From positions 640,001 to 704,000 of the forward strand of contig JBPOFY010000001.1 in assembly GCA_051252375.1 (NCBI GenBank): 64,000 nt of DNA. Direction: 5' to 3'. The notes below the pieces were generated by a model. The model was not told the origin of the DNA and searched no databases. It saw nothing but the letters and a program-made list of their open reading frames with translations. The translations under genes were made by a program, and so were the position numbers. Shown piece after piece: positions 1 to 9,633 of this stretch. The stretch comes from Opitutaceae bacterium (GTDB lineage Bacteria > Verrucomicrobiota > Verrucomicrobiia > Opitutales > Coraliomargaritaceae). How positions within the stretch are numbered: the first letter of the stretch is position 1; each line of letters begins with the position of its first letter.

Positions 1-273
1 CATACTGCCTCGATAGATTTCGAAGAAATGCTAAAGGCCCGTATTCAACAGCTGGGTAGTCGCTCGGTGCACGGTGCATGCCTGTGTGATTGCATCGGTC
101 GTGGGTTGTCGCTCTTCGGTGTGCCGGATCATGATGTAAATGTGATTCAAGACATCGTGCCAGGTGTCAGTGTAGGGGGCGTCTTCTGCAATGGAGAGTT
201 TGCGACGATCGATGGTCGCACAATGCTGCACGGTTACGCAGCTAGTTTGGCTTTGTTTGTGGATGCCGTTTGA
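1..273 (+). CDS. FIST C-terminal domain protein (3' part; gene starts before the window)
   Basis: Frame is open from base 1. The C-terminal motif C.C.GRG..LFG...GVFCNGEF......LHGY is typical of FIST_C. Confidence 0.7.
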   Translation, partial: HTASIDFEEMLKARIQQLGSRSVHGACLCDCIGRGLSLFGVPDHDVNVIQDIVPGVSVGGVFCNGEFATIDGRTMLHGYAASLALFVDAV

Positions 274-412
274 AGACCTCTGCTAAAATAGAGAAGCTAA
301 AGGCACTTATAAGTTTGCCTATTAGGTAAACTTAACTGAATTAATCACTTGATCAGATATGCTAATCCGGTAGGTTCTAATAAAACTTTGGTTAGTATAG
401 AGGGTAGTAGTT

Positions 413-452
413 AGGCTCGAACGTTTGGTAGGCGTTCGAGCCTCTTACTTTT
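413..452 (+). terminator. Intrinsic-terminator-like hairpin
   Basis: AGGCTCGAACG(413-423)/CGTTCGAGCCT(433-443) is a perfect 11-bp stem, followed by CTTACTTTTT. Confidence 0.55.
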
Positions 453-556
453 TATAGAGCGCCATTCAGCCTTGCTTGCGTTAAGTCGCTCTCATTTAGT
501 GGATTCATACTGCTAGATATTTCTGCCGTCAACGTGACGCAAGAGAGCCAAAAAAC

Positions 557-3500
557 ATGTCGAAAAAAGAGATTAATCTCCCCTCCACGCTCGATACAGA
601 AAAGCGACTGTCTTTGTTGCGCAGTCTCTGGCGCAGCCGACTAGGCGACTTGCGAGAGCAGAGTTTAATTCGCCAGGGCAAGGGTTGGTTTCACATCTCG
701 GGCATGGGACATGAAGCGCTTGCTGCGATCGCGTTGGAGCTGCGGTCGGACGATTATGCGTTTCCTTATTATCGTGATCGTGCTTTTTGCGTGCAGCGCG
801 GGATTAGCGATTACGATTTGGCCATGGCGTTCTACGCCAAGCGTGATTCTTCGAGTGGCGGTCGTCAATTGACCGGGCACTTCAGTGATCGTGCCTTGAA
901 CATATGGAGCCATCCGTCGCCAGTGGGTGTGCACTTGTTGCCAGCGTGTGGCGCCGCTTGGGGCATGCAACTGGATGGTAAAGATTCGGTTGTTTATGCC
1001 TCTTTAGGTGAGGCTTCGGCTCGGCAAGGTGATTTCTTTGAGGCGGTTTGTTTCGCAAAAGAGCGCAAGCTGCCGATGGTTTTTGTGGTCGAAGATAACC
1101 GCATTGCGATCAGCACTTCGACCGTTGAAACCAACCCGATTGCACTCGGTGTGCTTGATAAAAGCGAGTGGATACGAGTGGATGGAAGTGAAGTGGAAGC
1201 CGTCGCGGCAGCAGGTCGCGAAGCGGTGGAGCGCGCACGGTCGGGGCAGGGTCCTGCTTTTATTTGGTGCGATGTAGAGCGCTTCTCGAATCACTCCAGT
1301 GCGGATGATCAGCGGATGTATCGCGCTGCCGACGAGTTAGAAGCGATGCATGAGCGTGATCCGATCGCGGTGTATCAACGTCGACTGATTGCTGATGGAA
1401 TTTTGACGGAGGAAAGTGCTACCGCCCTAGAGGAGAAAGTGCGCGAGGAAGTGCGCGAAGCTTATCGTCAAGCGAGCGAAACAGAAGATCCGCGGGCGAA
1501 TGAGTGTGAGCTGCATTTGACCGGAGCACCAGCGAAGCCATCGGCGTTGCCAGCTCTCGAACTGGGTGATTCCTGCCGCATTTTGGATGCGGTGAATAAG
1601 ACTTTTCATGCCGCCTTAGATACGATGGATGACGTCGTCTTTTTTGGCGAAGACATCGCGGATCCAAAGGGTGGGGTGTTTAATTTGACTAAAGGGCTTT
1701 CGAAGAAAGATCCGAGACGTGCGGTGAACTCACCATTGGCGGAGTCCACCATTATGGGTGTTTCCGTGGGCTTGGCTTCTTACGGGAAGCGACCTTGCTT
1801 TGAAATACAGTTTGTCGATTTCATCTACCCTGGGTGGAACCAGTTGGTTTCCAATATGGCGACTTTGCGTTGGCGTAGTTTTGGTCATTGGAAGTGCCCG
1901 TTGGTCATCTATGCGCCCTGCGGTGGTTATCTACCGGGCGGAGCCCTTTGGCACAGCCAAGCGGGAGAAGCTTCCTTTGCCCGTATCCCCGGGATTCGGG
2001 TGGTGGTTCCCTCGACTCCAAATGATGCGGCAGGACTTTTTTGGACGGCGCTTCATGGTGAAGACCCCACGATTATTTTATTACCCAAGCATTTAATGTG
2101 GGCGGAGCTACCAGTGCCTGAGACAGTTGAACCGGTGCCGCTTGGTAAGGCACGCATGGTTCGGGAAGGGCAGTTGTTGACCCTCGTAACTTGGGGTAAT
2201 TGCGTTGAGCTTGTTGAAGAAACACTCGAAGGGATGGATACTTCGTTGGACATTGAATTGATCGATTTGCGTTCGATCGCTCCTTGGGATCGTCAGACCA
2301 TAGCCGACTCGATTCAGAAAACCGGGCGTTTAATGATCGTCCAAGAGGACAACATCTCAGCCAGTGTCGGACAGATGATTGTCGCTGAAATGTGCAGTCA
2401 GCGAGAGGTGCTTCAATCATTGAAGGCGCCGCCGATCATTGTCTCCAAGGGCGACGTGCATGTTGGCTTTAATCCCATCTATGAATATGCGGCTTTGCCT
2501 GATAGTGCGCGGATTATAGCGGCACTCGATTATCTCCTTTCCAATACACTTGAAGCTTCATTGAAGCTGGATGCCGCCCCCGATTGTCCCGGCGCGGCAC
2601 AAACAATCACACCGACTGAAGAAGTTATGAATACTCCAGATACGACCGCTGGTTCTGCCACTAAGACCATTACTGTGCCGATTCTTGGTGAGGGGATTCG
2701 AGTAGCGCGCGTCGTTTCGATTCTCAAGTCGAAGGGAGATGTCGTTAAGGCGGATGACCCGCTTTGCGAAGTCGAAACGGACAAAGCGGTGTTCCCTATC
2801 GAGTGCGATGAGGACGGTATTTTAGAAGAATGGAAGATCTCTGAGGACGACGAAGTCAGTGTCGGGCAAGATCTAGTCGTGTTGAAACTTACGGGCAAAG
2901 CTGCGGCTAAAGCTGCAGTCGCAGCTGCAGAACCCATCGCTTACGATACGATGAAGCGCACGGGAGGATTATCCTCTGAAGCGGTCAAACAATTACAGGG
3001 GATTGTCCCAGCGACGATTGATGTCACTTGCCGCTGGGAAGCAGTGCGCGACGCGCGTTTGCGAAGCAAGAAGACACCGGGCGGCACACTGTCTACGGCG
3101 ACCATGACGGCATGGGCCGTGGCGCAAGCGATGAAGAAACATGATCGTTTCGCATCTGTTGTGCGCGGCAACGATCTGGTCTATGACCCTGATCGTATCG
3201 ATCTTGGTGTCGCGGTTGCACTGCAAGGCGATGCCCTAGAAACTGCGGTTGTGAAACAGGTCAATGCTTTGGACTGGGAGGCTTTCCAGCCAACTTTCAA
3301 CGAATCTTTGAAACGCACACGACACGGTGAAATCGACTCGAAGAACCGAGTTTCGCTATCCATTTCCAGCATGGGCGCGTATAATGTGCGCTCGGCGATT
3401 CCAATCGTGGTGCCACCATCGATTGCCACGCTGTTTATCGGTGCGCCGTATCTGTTGCCCGACCCGAAGTCCAAAACTGGAGGCACAATGGAAGTCGCTT

Positions 3501-3601
3501 CCTTGGTGCTGACATTTGACCATCGCTGGATCAACGGCGTGGGTGCCGCAGCGTTCCTTTCTGATGTGCGAAAAGGCATCGAACGCTTCGATCTTGTCTA
3601 G
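557..3601 (+). CDS. Fused 2-oxoacid dehydrogenase E1alpha-E1beta-lipoyl-E2 (branched-chain-like)
   Basis: E1alpha TPP region (GEAS...VEDN, HSSADD), E1beta (GEDI, PLAES, EIQF), lipoyl domain ETDKA and acyltransferase motif TFDHRWING, all in one 1014-aa ORF. Confidence 0.85.
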   Translation: MSKKEINLPSTLDTEKRLSLLRSLWRSRLGDLREQSLIRQGKGWFHISGMGHEALAAIALELRSDDYAFPYYRDRAFCVQRGISDYDLAMAFYAKRDSSSGGRQLTGHFSDRALNIWSHPSPVGVHLLPACGAAWGMQLDGKDSVVYASLGEASARQGDFFEAVCFAKERKLPMVFVVEDNRIAISTSTVETNPIALGVLDKSEWIRVDGSEVEAVAAAGREAVERARSGQGPAFIWCDVERFSNHSSADDQRMYRAADELEAMHERDPIAVYQRRLIADGILTEESATALEEKVREEVREAYRQASETEDPRANECELHLTGAPAKPSALPALELGDSCRILDAVNKTFHAALDTMDDVVFFGEDIADPKGGVFNLTKGLSKKDPRRAVNSPLAESTIMGVSVGLASYGKRPCFEIQFVDFIYPGWNQLVSNMATLRWRSFGHWKCPLVIYAPCGGYLPGGALWHSQAGEASFARIPGIRVVVPSTPNDAAGLFWTALHGEDPTIILLPKHLMWAELPVPETVEPVPLGKARMVREGQLLTLVTWGNCVELVEETLEGMDTSLDIELIDLRSIAPWDRQTIADSIQKTGRLMIVQEDNISASVGQMIVAEMCSQREVLQSLKAPPIIVSKGDVHVGFNPIYEYAALPDSARIIAALDYLLSNTLEASLKLDAAPDCPGAAQTITPTEEVMNTPDTTAGSATKTITVPILGEGIRVARVVSILKSKGDVVKADDPLCEVETDKAVFPIECDEDGILEEWKISEDDEVSVGQDLVVLKLTGKAAAKAAVAAAEPIAYDTMKRTGGLSSEAVKQLQGIVPATIDVTCRWEAVRDARLRSKKTPGGTLSTATMTAWAVAQAMKKHDRFASVVRGNDLVYDPDRIDLGVAVALQGDALETAVVKQVNALDWEAFQPTFNESLKRTRHGEIDSKNRVSLSISSMGAYNVRSAIPIVVPPSIATLFIGAPYLLPDPKSKTGGTMEVASLVLTFDHRWINGVGAAAFLSDVRKGIERFDLV

Positions 3602-3629
3602 CCCTGTATTTTAATCTGTATCACTGATT

Positions 3630-4004
3630 ATGGACATCGAGACTTTCCCAAACCCAAACCAAGAGCGTAACTACACCATCCAGCATATTCAGGAGGAGTT
3701 TACTTCAACCTGCCCGATGACAGGGCATCCAGATTATGCCACGGTCGTTTTCAGTTACGTGCCTGACGAAATTTGCATCGAGCTCAAAGCGATGAAGCTC
3801 TACTTGCACAGTTTTCGCAACAAAGGGATCTTCTTCGAGGCTGCTACAAATAAGATCTTTGAAGATCTATATGAGGTGACGAAGCCTCGCTGGGCGCGAC
3901 TTGAAACGATTTGGCGTGGGCGCGGAGGTATTCGCTCAAACGTCGTGGTTGAAGCGCAGCAAGATGACTATGACGGGCCGAAAACGCCGCCGTTTGCGCG
4001 ATAG
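3630..4004 (+). CDS. queF: NADPH-dependent 7-cyano-7-deazaguanine reductase
   Basis: EFTSTCPMTGHPDYA, ELKAMKLYL and RGGI motifs of type I QueF. Confidence 0.9.
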   Translation: MDIETFPNPNQERNYTIQHIQEEFTSTCPMTGHPDYATVVFSYVPDEICIELKAMKLYLHSFRNKGIFFEAATNKIFEDLYEVTKPRWARLETIWRGRGGIRSNVVVEAQQDDYDGPKTPPFAR

Positions 4005-4012
4005 TTTCACGG

Positions 4013-4735
4013 TCAGCCGCCCATGGGTGGTTCCATGCATTCGCCGGTGAAGTAGCCTTTATACTCTTCTAGCCCTTCTTCGATTGCAGACGCCACAACT
4101 ATGGATGAAGCGAAAAACATGACGATGGCGTTCGCGATTGCATCACTTTGCCCGATGCCTTTGACGCGCCGAGAAAATGCTTCGTTGAGTCCTTCAAGTG
4201 TTTCGTAGAAAGCCTTCAACTCGACTAGGTCCCAGTCAGGTTGACCGCCTTCTTTGCGGATGAAGTATTGTTTCGTGAGGTAGGCGCTAACAGACCTGAA
4301 GAGCGTTTCGCCAAAAGAGGAAAAAGGCACGTGGAATGTAGCCATCGCACGAAGCTGCCCGACCACAGGGCATCCGCTCGTGGCCATTTGTAGACCGAGC
4401 ATCGAGTTGAGCCCGCTTTGTAAATCGCAGTTCTGTTTGTAGGTCCGGCGGGCGGTTTCTACCGTGAGATCAATGTTTTCAATCGAGGTATGGCCCTTAA
4501 AGGTCTCTAGCACCGAATGCATACGCAGGGCAGCGGGGCAATAGGGCGAGTCTTCCTTTTTTAGCGGGCAACACGCGCATTGGTCTTTTTCTAAGCGAAT
4601 CCAGTCCGGATATGCTTCGACGCGCTCGACGGGAGAGGGTTCCTCTGTTGTATCGAAACCGGTATCGATTAGGAACTCGATGGGTTCTTCCTCGAAATCA
4701 AATACGTAGCGTATTAGGTTGGGCTCGATCGACAT
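4013..4735 (-). CDS. Conserved hypothetical Cys-rich protein (DUF6901-like)
   Basis: 240-aa ORF with CACCPL...YCP and MATSGCP motifs. Confidence 0.55.
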   Translation of the reverse strand: MSIEPNLIRYVFDFEEEPIEFLIDTGFDTTEEPSPVERVEAYPDWIRLEKDQCACCPLKKEDSPYCPAALRMHSVLETFKGHTSIENIDLTVETARRTYKQNCDLQSGLNSMLGLQMATSGCPVVGQLRAMATFHVPFSSFGETLFRSVSAYLTKQYFIRKEGGQPDWDLVELKAFYETLEGLNEAFSRRVKGIGQSDAIANAIVMFFASSIVVASAIEEGLEEYKGYFTGECMEPPMGG

Positions 4736-4767
4736 ATAATTAGAGTGCTTGATTTTACCGCTTTGGT

Positions 4768-5265
4768 CTAGAATAGAAAATCCAGAATAAACAAGGCGAT
4801 TACGCAGACACTTAAGCCGAATTTGAGTGCAAAGGCTAGGATGCCCCCGACCACGGTGCCGATGCCAGCTTTACCTCCATCCCTGAAGCTGCGGCCCGCG
4901 ACCATTTCTCCGATAATCGCCCCGATCACGGGCCCAACGATCAACCAAAAAAGCGGTGGGGGAATAAAAAACCCAACGAATGCACCGATGAACGCACCTG
5001 CCGCCCCTTTCCATGAGGCACCAAAACGTCGTGCTCCCCAGACTCCCATCACAAAATCAGCTAACAGGCCAATGCATGTGATGATGCCGGTGAGGATGAC
5101 GATTTTCCAGGTTACCGAAGCATCCGCGCCCATCCAGAGCCGATGAGTCAATACCCCCAACCATACGATTAAACTGCCCGGCACAACTGGCAACAGCGAG
5201 CCAGCCAGTCCGAGCATGAAAATCAGCGTGGTCACGCCCAGTGCGGTGTATTCGATCCATGTCAT
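4768..5265 (-). CDS. DUF456 family membrane protein
   Basis: Hydrophobic, Gly-rich: LPVVPG, GARRFGAS, GPVIGAIIGE. Likely start MTWIEY. Confidence 0.75.
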   Translation of the reverse strand: MTWIEYTALGVTTLIFMLGLAGSLLPVVPGSLIVWLGVLTHRLWMGADASVTWKIVILTGIITCIGLLADFVMGVWGARRFGASWKGAAGAFIGAFVGFFIPPPLFWLIVGPVIGAIIGEMVAGRSFRDGGKAGIGTVVGGILAFALKFGLSVCVIALFILDFLF

Positions 5266-5351
5266 CTGCTTTGAACAACTATGTCTTCCGCTTTCGAGGT
5301 CAATTTGCATTTGCCATTTGCGACTACTGACGCATTTTCGCCGCTTCGCTT

Positions 5352-6845
5352 ATGACAGATACAACAGCCAATCAGGACAACTCGCATGACCTTTATGCCG
5401 TCCGCCTCCAGAAGCTAGAGAACCTTTGCAAGGAAGACCGTAACCCTTTCTTAGCAAATTGTGCACAGACGCATACCTCTGCTGAAGCCATTAAATTGTA
5501 TCAAGAAGGCGTGGCCGATGAGGATCAACCACGGGTCGCCATTGCTGGTCGCATCACGGTTTTCCGTGTCATGGGCAAGGCCAGCTTCATCAAAATTCAA
5601 GACCGTGATGGCCCGATTCAGTGCTACGTTACACGCGACGAATTACCCGAAGGCGAATACAATACCTATTTCAAAAAGCTCGATCTCGGCGACATTATCG
5701 GCGTCGAGGGTCGCCTCTTTAAAACAAAGACCGGCGAAATAACAGTTCGCGCCGAAAGCTACACACTTGTTTCCAAGGCCCTTCGTCCACTACCCGAAAA
5801 GTGGGCAGGCTTAACTGACGACGATAAAATCTATCGTCAGCGTTACCTTGATTTGATCGTCAATGCCGAGTCGCGCCAGCGTTTCCGTCAACGTTCGCAG
5901 ATCATCAAAGAGATGCGTAAGTATCTCTGGGAGCGCGATTTCACTGAAGTGGAAACGCCCATGTTGCAATCCGTCGCTGGCGGTGCGGCAGCTCGTCCCT
6001 TTATCACACATTCCAACGCACTCGATTGTCAGTTCTATATGCGTATCGCATTGGAACTGTATCTAAAGCGCATGCTCGTTGCAGGCGAAGATCGCGTTTT
6101 CGAAATTGGTCGCGTCTTCCGTAACGAAGGACTTTCTCGCCGCCACAACCCCGAGTTTACTATGCTCGAACTCTATCAAGCCTATACGGATTTCCGTGGC
6201 ATGATGGAGCTCACGCAAGGTCTCATCCAACACGTGGCCAAGACTGTGATCGGATCGCTCGAAATCGCCCGTCCAGACGGAGTGGTGATCAACCTCGATG
6301 GCGAATGGCGCGAAGCGAAGTATAAGGATTTAATCATCGAAGCCACTGGCGATGCGGAATGGTTTACCCATGACCGCGGCACTAAGCTCGAAAAGGCGCG
6401 CGCCCTCAATATCGAGGTCAACGGTGAGCTCGAAGATTACGAGATCACCAACAACGTTTTCGAAAAAATCATCGAGCCGACACTGATTCAGCCGACATTC
6501 GTCACGCACATTCCACGCGAATTGTGCCCGCTGGCTAAGATCACACAGGACGACGAAACCACCATCGATGTGTTTGAGCTTTGCATCAATGGTCAGGAAA
6601 TCGCCCCCGCATACTCCGAGCAAAACGACCCGATCATCCAGCGTAAGATGTTTGCAGATCAAGTCGGCGAAGAGCAGCAAGATATGGACACCGATTTCCT
6701 CAATGCCCTCGAGCACGGCATGCCTCCCGCAGGCGGCATGGGTCTAGGCATTGATCGCCTCATCATTTTACTCACTGGTGCCGAAAGTATTCGCGATACC
6801 ATCCTCTTCCCGAGTTTGAAGCCGCTAAAGCCTGCAGAGTCGTAA
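5352..6845 (+). CDS. lysS: Lysine--tRNA ligase (class II)
   Basis: N-terminal OB fold, YRQRYLDL, FRNEG...HNPEFTMLE, GMGLGIDRL. Confidence 0.97.
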   Translation: MTDTTANQDNSHDLYAVRLQKLENLCKEDRNPFLANCAQTHTSAEAIKLYQEGVADEDQPRVAIAGRITVFRVMGKASFIKIQDRDGPIQCYVTRDELPEGEYNTYFKKLDLGDIIGVEGRLFKTKTGEITVRAESYTLVSKALRPLPEKWAGLTDDDKIYRQRYLDLIVNAESRQRFRQRSQIIKEMRKYLWERDFTEVETPMLQSVAGGAAARPFITHSNALDCQFYMRIALELYLKRMLVAGEDRVFEIGRVFRNEGLSRRHNPEFTMLELYQAYTDFRGMMELTQGLIQHVAKTVIGSLEIARPDGVVINLDGEWREAKYKDLIIEATGDAEWFTHDRGTKLEKARALNIEVNGELEDYEITNNVFEKIIEPTLIQPTFVTHIPRELCPLAKITQDDETTIDVFELCINGQEIAPAYSEQNDPIIQRKMFADQVGEEQQDMDTDFLNALEHGMPPAGGMGLGIDRLIILLTGAESIRDTILFPSLKPLKPAES

Positions 6846-6900
6846 GAGAGTAAGTGATTTTTGTCTTTTGCTTTAGGTTGAAGTGGTGTTTCTCGTAGGC

Positions 6901-7078
6901 ATCGTGGAGGCGCTTCGGGATGGAGTGATGGTTTTGTGAAGGAGCCGTTATATCATCTTAGGGTGGTATGTATGGTGAACTTTACCTTGAATTTAGCCTG
7001 TAGGTGATTATCTACAAATCAGTTATATATCCGTAAACCCCGCGGATTCAGGTTCTAGAAGCCTGTATCTTTCACGAT
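6901..7078 (+). ncRNA. ssrS: Candidate 6S RNA
   Basis: ATCGTGGAGG(6901-6910) pairs with CTTTCACGAT(7069-7078), and GCTTCGGGA pairs with TTCTAGAAGC. Length is ~178 nt, it lies directly upstream of rny, and it contains GAGCCG.TAT.TCAT and ACCTTGAA segments reminiscent of E. coli 6S. Confidence 0.6.
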
Positions 7079-7117
7079 TCGACCCCGATCGTGAGCTTTT
7101 TCTAATTAGATATATCT

Positions 7118-8611
7118 ATGAATTTTGATCAGATAGTGGGGTTTGCTGCAGGTGCTTTAATCGGCATTGTAGCTGTGCTATTTTTCTTTAAGCGTCGTTT
7201 CGCGCGTAAGGAAGATATCTTGAGGCAGAAATTGGATGTCGATGCCCGCGAGGCACGTTTGGCTATTCGCGAAGAGCAGTCTGAGCATGAATTGCAGTTC
7301 AAGCAGAGGTCAGCAGAGCTGGATCTGGCGACGAAGGAAAACACCCGACGTGAGGAACTTTTAGGTAAACAAGAAGTTGCCATTGAAGATAAATCCAAGG
7401 AGCTGTCCCGAGAGCAAAGACTCTTAGAGGATGCCGAGCATGAAGCTGAGAAGATACGCCGATTGTATCGCTTAAAGCTCCACCAGATCACTCAAATGGA
7501 TCAAGGCGAGGCGCGCCAATTGTTGCTTCGGAATACGGAGAAGGAGTGCGAGCAAGAGATCCGTGATCTGCGTCGCACCGTGCTCGGTCGATCTGAGTCG
7601 GAGGTTTCTAATGAAGCCAAGCGCATCCTTTTGGCTGCGATGCAGCGTATAACGAGTCAGCCCATGAACGACGCCACGGCGACGGTAGTGAATTTGCCGA
7701 GTGAAGAAATGAAAGGCCGTATTATCGGTCGCGAAGGGCGTAATATCCGAACTTTCGAGCATGCGACGGGCACGACGTTGATGATCGATGAGACACCGGA
7801 TTCTGTTTTGATCTCTTGTTTCGATCCTGTGCGTCGTGAGATTGCACGGATTGCACTCGAAGCACTGTTACGCGATGGGCGCATTCACCCGTCCAGTATT
7901 GAGGAAGAAGTGCTCAAGGCTGAAGATGAAATGCATGCCAATGTGATTGATCTGGGGGAAGGAGCCTTGCGTAAGCTTCGCTTAAGTTCTGTTCATCCAG
8001 AGGTGGTCGCTTTATTAGGCAAGTTACACTACCGACTTTCAAATAATCAAAACACACTGGCTCACTCGGTCGAAGTTGCCAATTTGTGTGCATTGATCGC
8101 CTCGGAGATTGGTTTGGATCCCGTCATTGCTAAACGCGCGGGCCTGTTTCACGACATCGGAAAAGCGGTGGACGAAGAGTATGCTGGGAGTCACGCAATG
8201 GTCGGGGCGGACATTATCAAGCAACACGGTGAAGACCCTCGTGTGGTCAATGCCGCGGCAGCGCACCACAAGGAAGTGCCAGCTGAAAGTGTTTATGCAG
8301 GGCTGGTCATGGTGGCAGATGCATTGTCTGCGGTTCGACCTGGCGCACGCGCGTCTTCGATCGATGGCTTCATTTCCCGCGTAAGAAGTATCGAAGAGAT
8401 TGCGCAGGCGGAAGCCGGTGTGATCGATGCATATGCAATTCAGGCGGGTCGCGAGGTGCGTGTTATTGTAGAACCTGAGTCGGTCGGTGATGAGGAAGCG
8501 CGACAGATTGCCCGTAAAATACGCTCTAGAATTGAAGAAGAATTGAACTATCCCGGATCGATTGAAATTACTGTCATCCGAGAGCAACGATTTAGCGAAA
8601 CTGCCGTATGA
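7118..8611 (+). CDS. rny: Ribonuclease Y
   Basis: N-terminal TM helix, coiled coil, KH domain ([14 protein letters not shown]), HD domain (GLFHDIGK), [11 protein letters not shown]. Confidence 0.95.
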   Translation: MNFDQIVGFAAGALIGIVAVLFFFKRRFARKEDILRQKLDVDAREARLAIREEQSEHELQFKQRSAELDLATKENTRREELLGKQEVAIEDKSKELSREQRLLEDAEHEAEKIRRLYRLKLHQITQMDQGEARQLLLRNTEKECEQEIRDLRRTVLGRSESEVSNEAKRILLAAMQRITSQPMNDATATVVNLPSEEMKGRIIGREGRNIRTFEHATGTTLMIDETPDSVLISCFDPVRREIARIALEALLRDGRIHPSSIEEEVLKAEDEMHANVIDLGEGALRKLRLSSVHPEVVALLGKLHYRLSNNQNTLAHSVEVANLCALIASEIGLDPVIAKRAGLFHDIGKAVDEEYAGSHAMVGADIIKQHGEDPRVVNAAAAHHKEVPAESVYAGLVMVADALSAVRPGARASSIDGFISRVRSIEEIAQAEAGVIDAYAIQAGREVRVIVEPESVGDEEARQIARKIRSRIEEELNYPGSIEITVIREQRFSETAV

Positions 8612-9633
8612 TCCAACGTCTATTATTCCCTTTCCTTTTTGTCCTCTGTGCAGGTTCTAGCCTAGGGCTGTCTGCCGCGCCGCAAGTGATTTCGCTGGAT
8701 ACTGGTGAACGGGTGGTGGGAGATGTGTTGCCGCATTCAACCGATGAAGTGCTTTACATTCAGTCTAGCCTGCTTGGAGAGATGTCGGTCGCACGTGATC
8801 GAGTGGTCAAGATGGAGCCACAGGTAAAAGCAGCGAATGTTAAAAAGGCGCCAGTGGCTGTGGTTGCCCCCAAGAAGCAAATTGCCCTCACCACTGAAGA
8901 GATCGAGCACATCGAAGAGCGTCGGGTCATCGATACTTTGAAAGAGTTTAAAGCCCCGGATTCTTGGAATGGTAATTTACGTTTGGGTATGAATCTCAGT
9001 CAGGGCGATCGTAAATGGACGGAAACCTATGCGCGGGGTAATTTAGAGATTAAACCGCATCAGAGCCCTCACTTTTATCGTTTTAATGGCTCGTATACTT
9101 ATCGAGAGTCCGAGCGCAGCAATGGCAGTTCATTCAAGTCTACCGATAAGTATGACACTACTTTTATCTATCGCGGCACGTTCTACGATAATTGGTTTGT
9201 GCAAAATTCTATTGGCGGACGTGTTGATCAAATCAAAGGGATCGACCGCGAAATACAGGAAGCGGTTGGCGTCGGCTACAAGTTTGAGCCGAATAGCACT
9301 ATCGAGATATTAGTCGGCGGAGGTGGCGGTATTGAGGAATTCGAGACCGAGTTTAATGATACACGTGAGGGTTGGCATTCATTGATGAATGTTTTTCAAG
9401 AAGCTAACTGGAAGCCTTTCGCAAGGACCTCTTTTGTGCAGAAGTTTAACTATTACTGGAATCCTGAGGACTCTGAGCAATATAACTATATGTTGTCTGC
9501 TGCGATTCGTTATCGACTGACTGATTTAATCGGCTTCGAGTTCTCCTATAATAAAGATTTCGATAACGATATCGGTAGCGGGGCTTCTAAAGACGACACC
9601 CAGTGGCGTAATGCCTTGGTGGTTTACTTTTAG
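8608..9633 (+). CDS. DUF481-like outer-membrane beta-barrel protein
   Basis: Signal peptide, alternating aromatic beta strands, C-terminal Phe (ALVVYF). Start overlaps the rny stop (ATGA). Confidence 0.65.
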   Translation: MIQRLLFPFLFVLCAGSSLGLSAAPQVISLDTGERVVGDVLPHSTDEVLYIQSSLLGEMSVARDRVVKMEPQVKAANVKKAPVAVVAPKKQIALTTEEIEHIEERRVIDTLKEFKAPDSWNGNLRLGMNLSQGDRKWTETYARGNLEIKPHQSPHFYRFNGSYTYRESERSNGSSFKSTDKYDTTFIYRGTFYDNWFVQNSIGGRVDQIKGIDREIQEAVGVGYKFEPNSTIEILVGGGGGIEEFETEFNDTREGWHSLMNVFQEANWKPFARTSFVQKFNYYWNPEDSEQYNYMLSAAIRYRLTDLIGFEFSYNKDFDNDIGSGASKDDTQWRNALVVYF

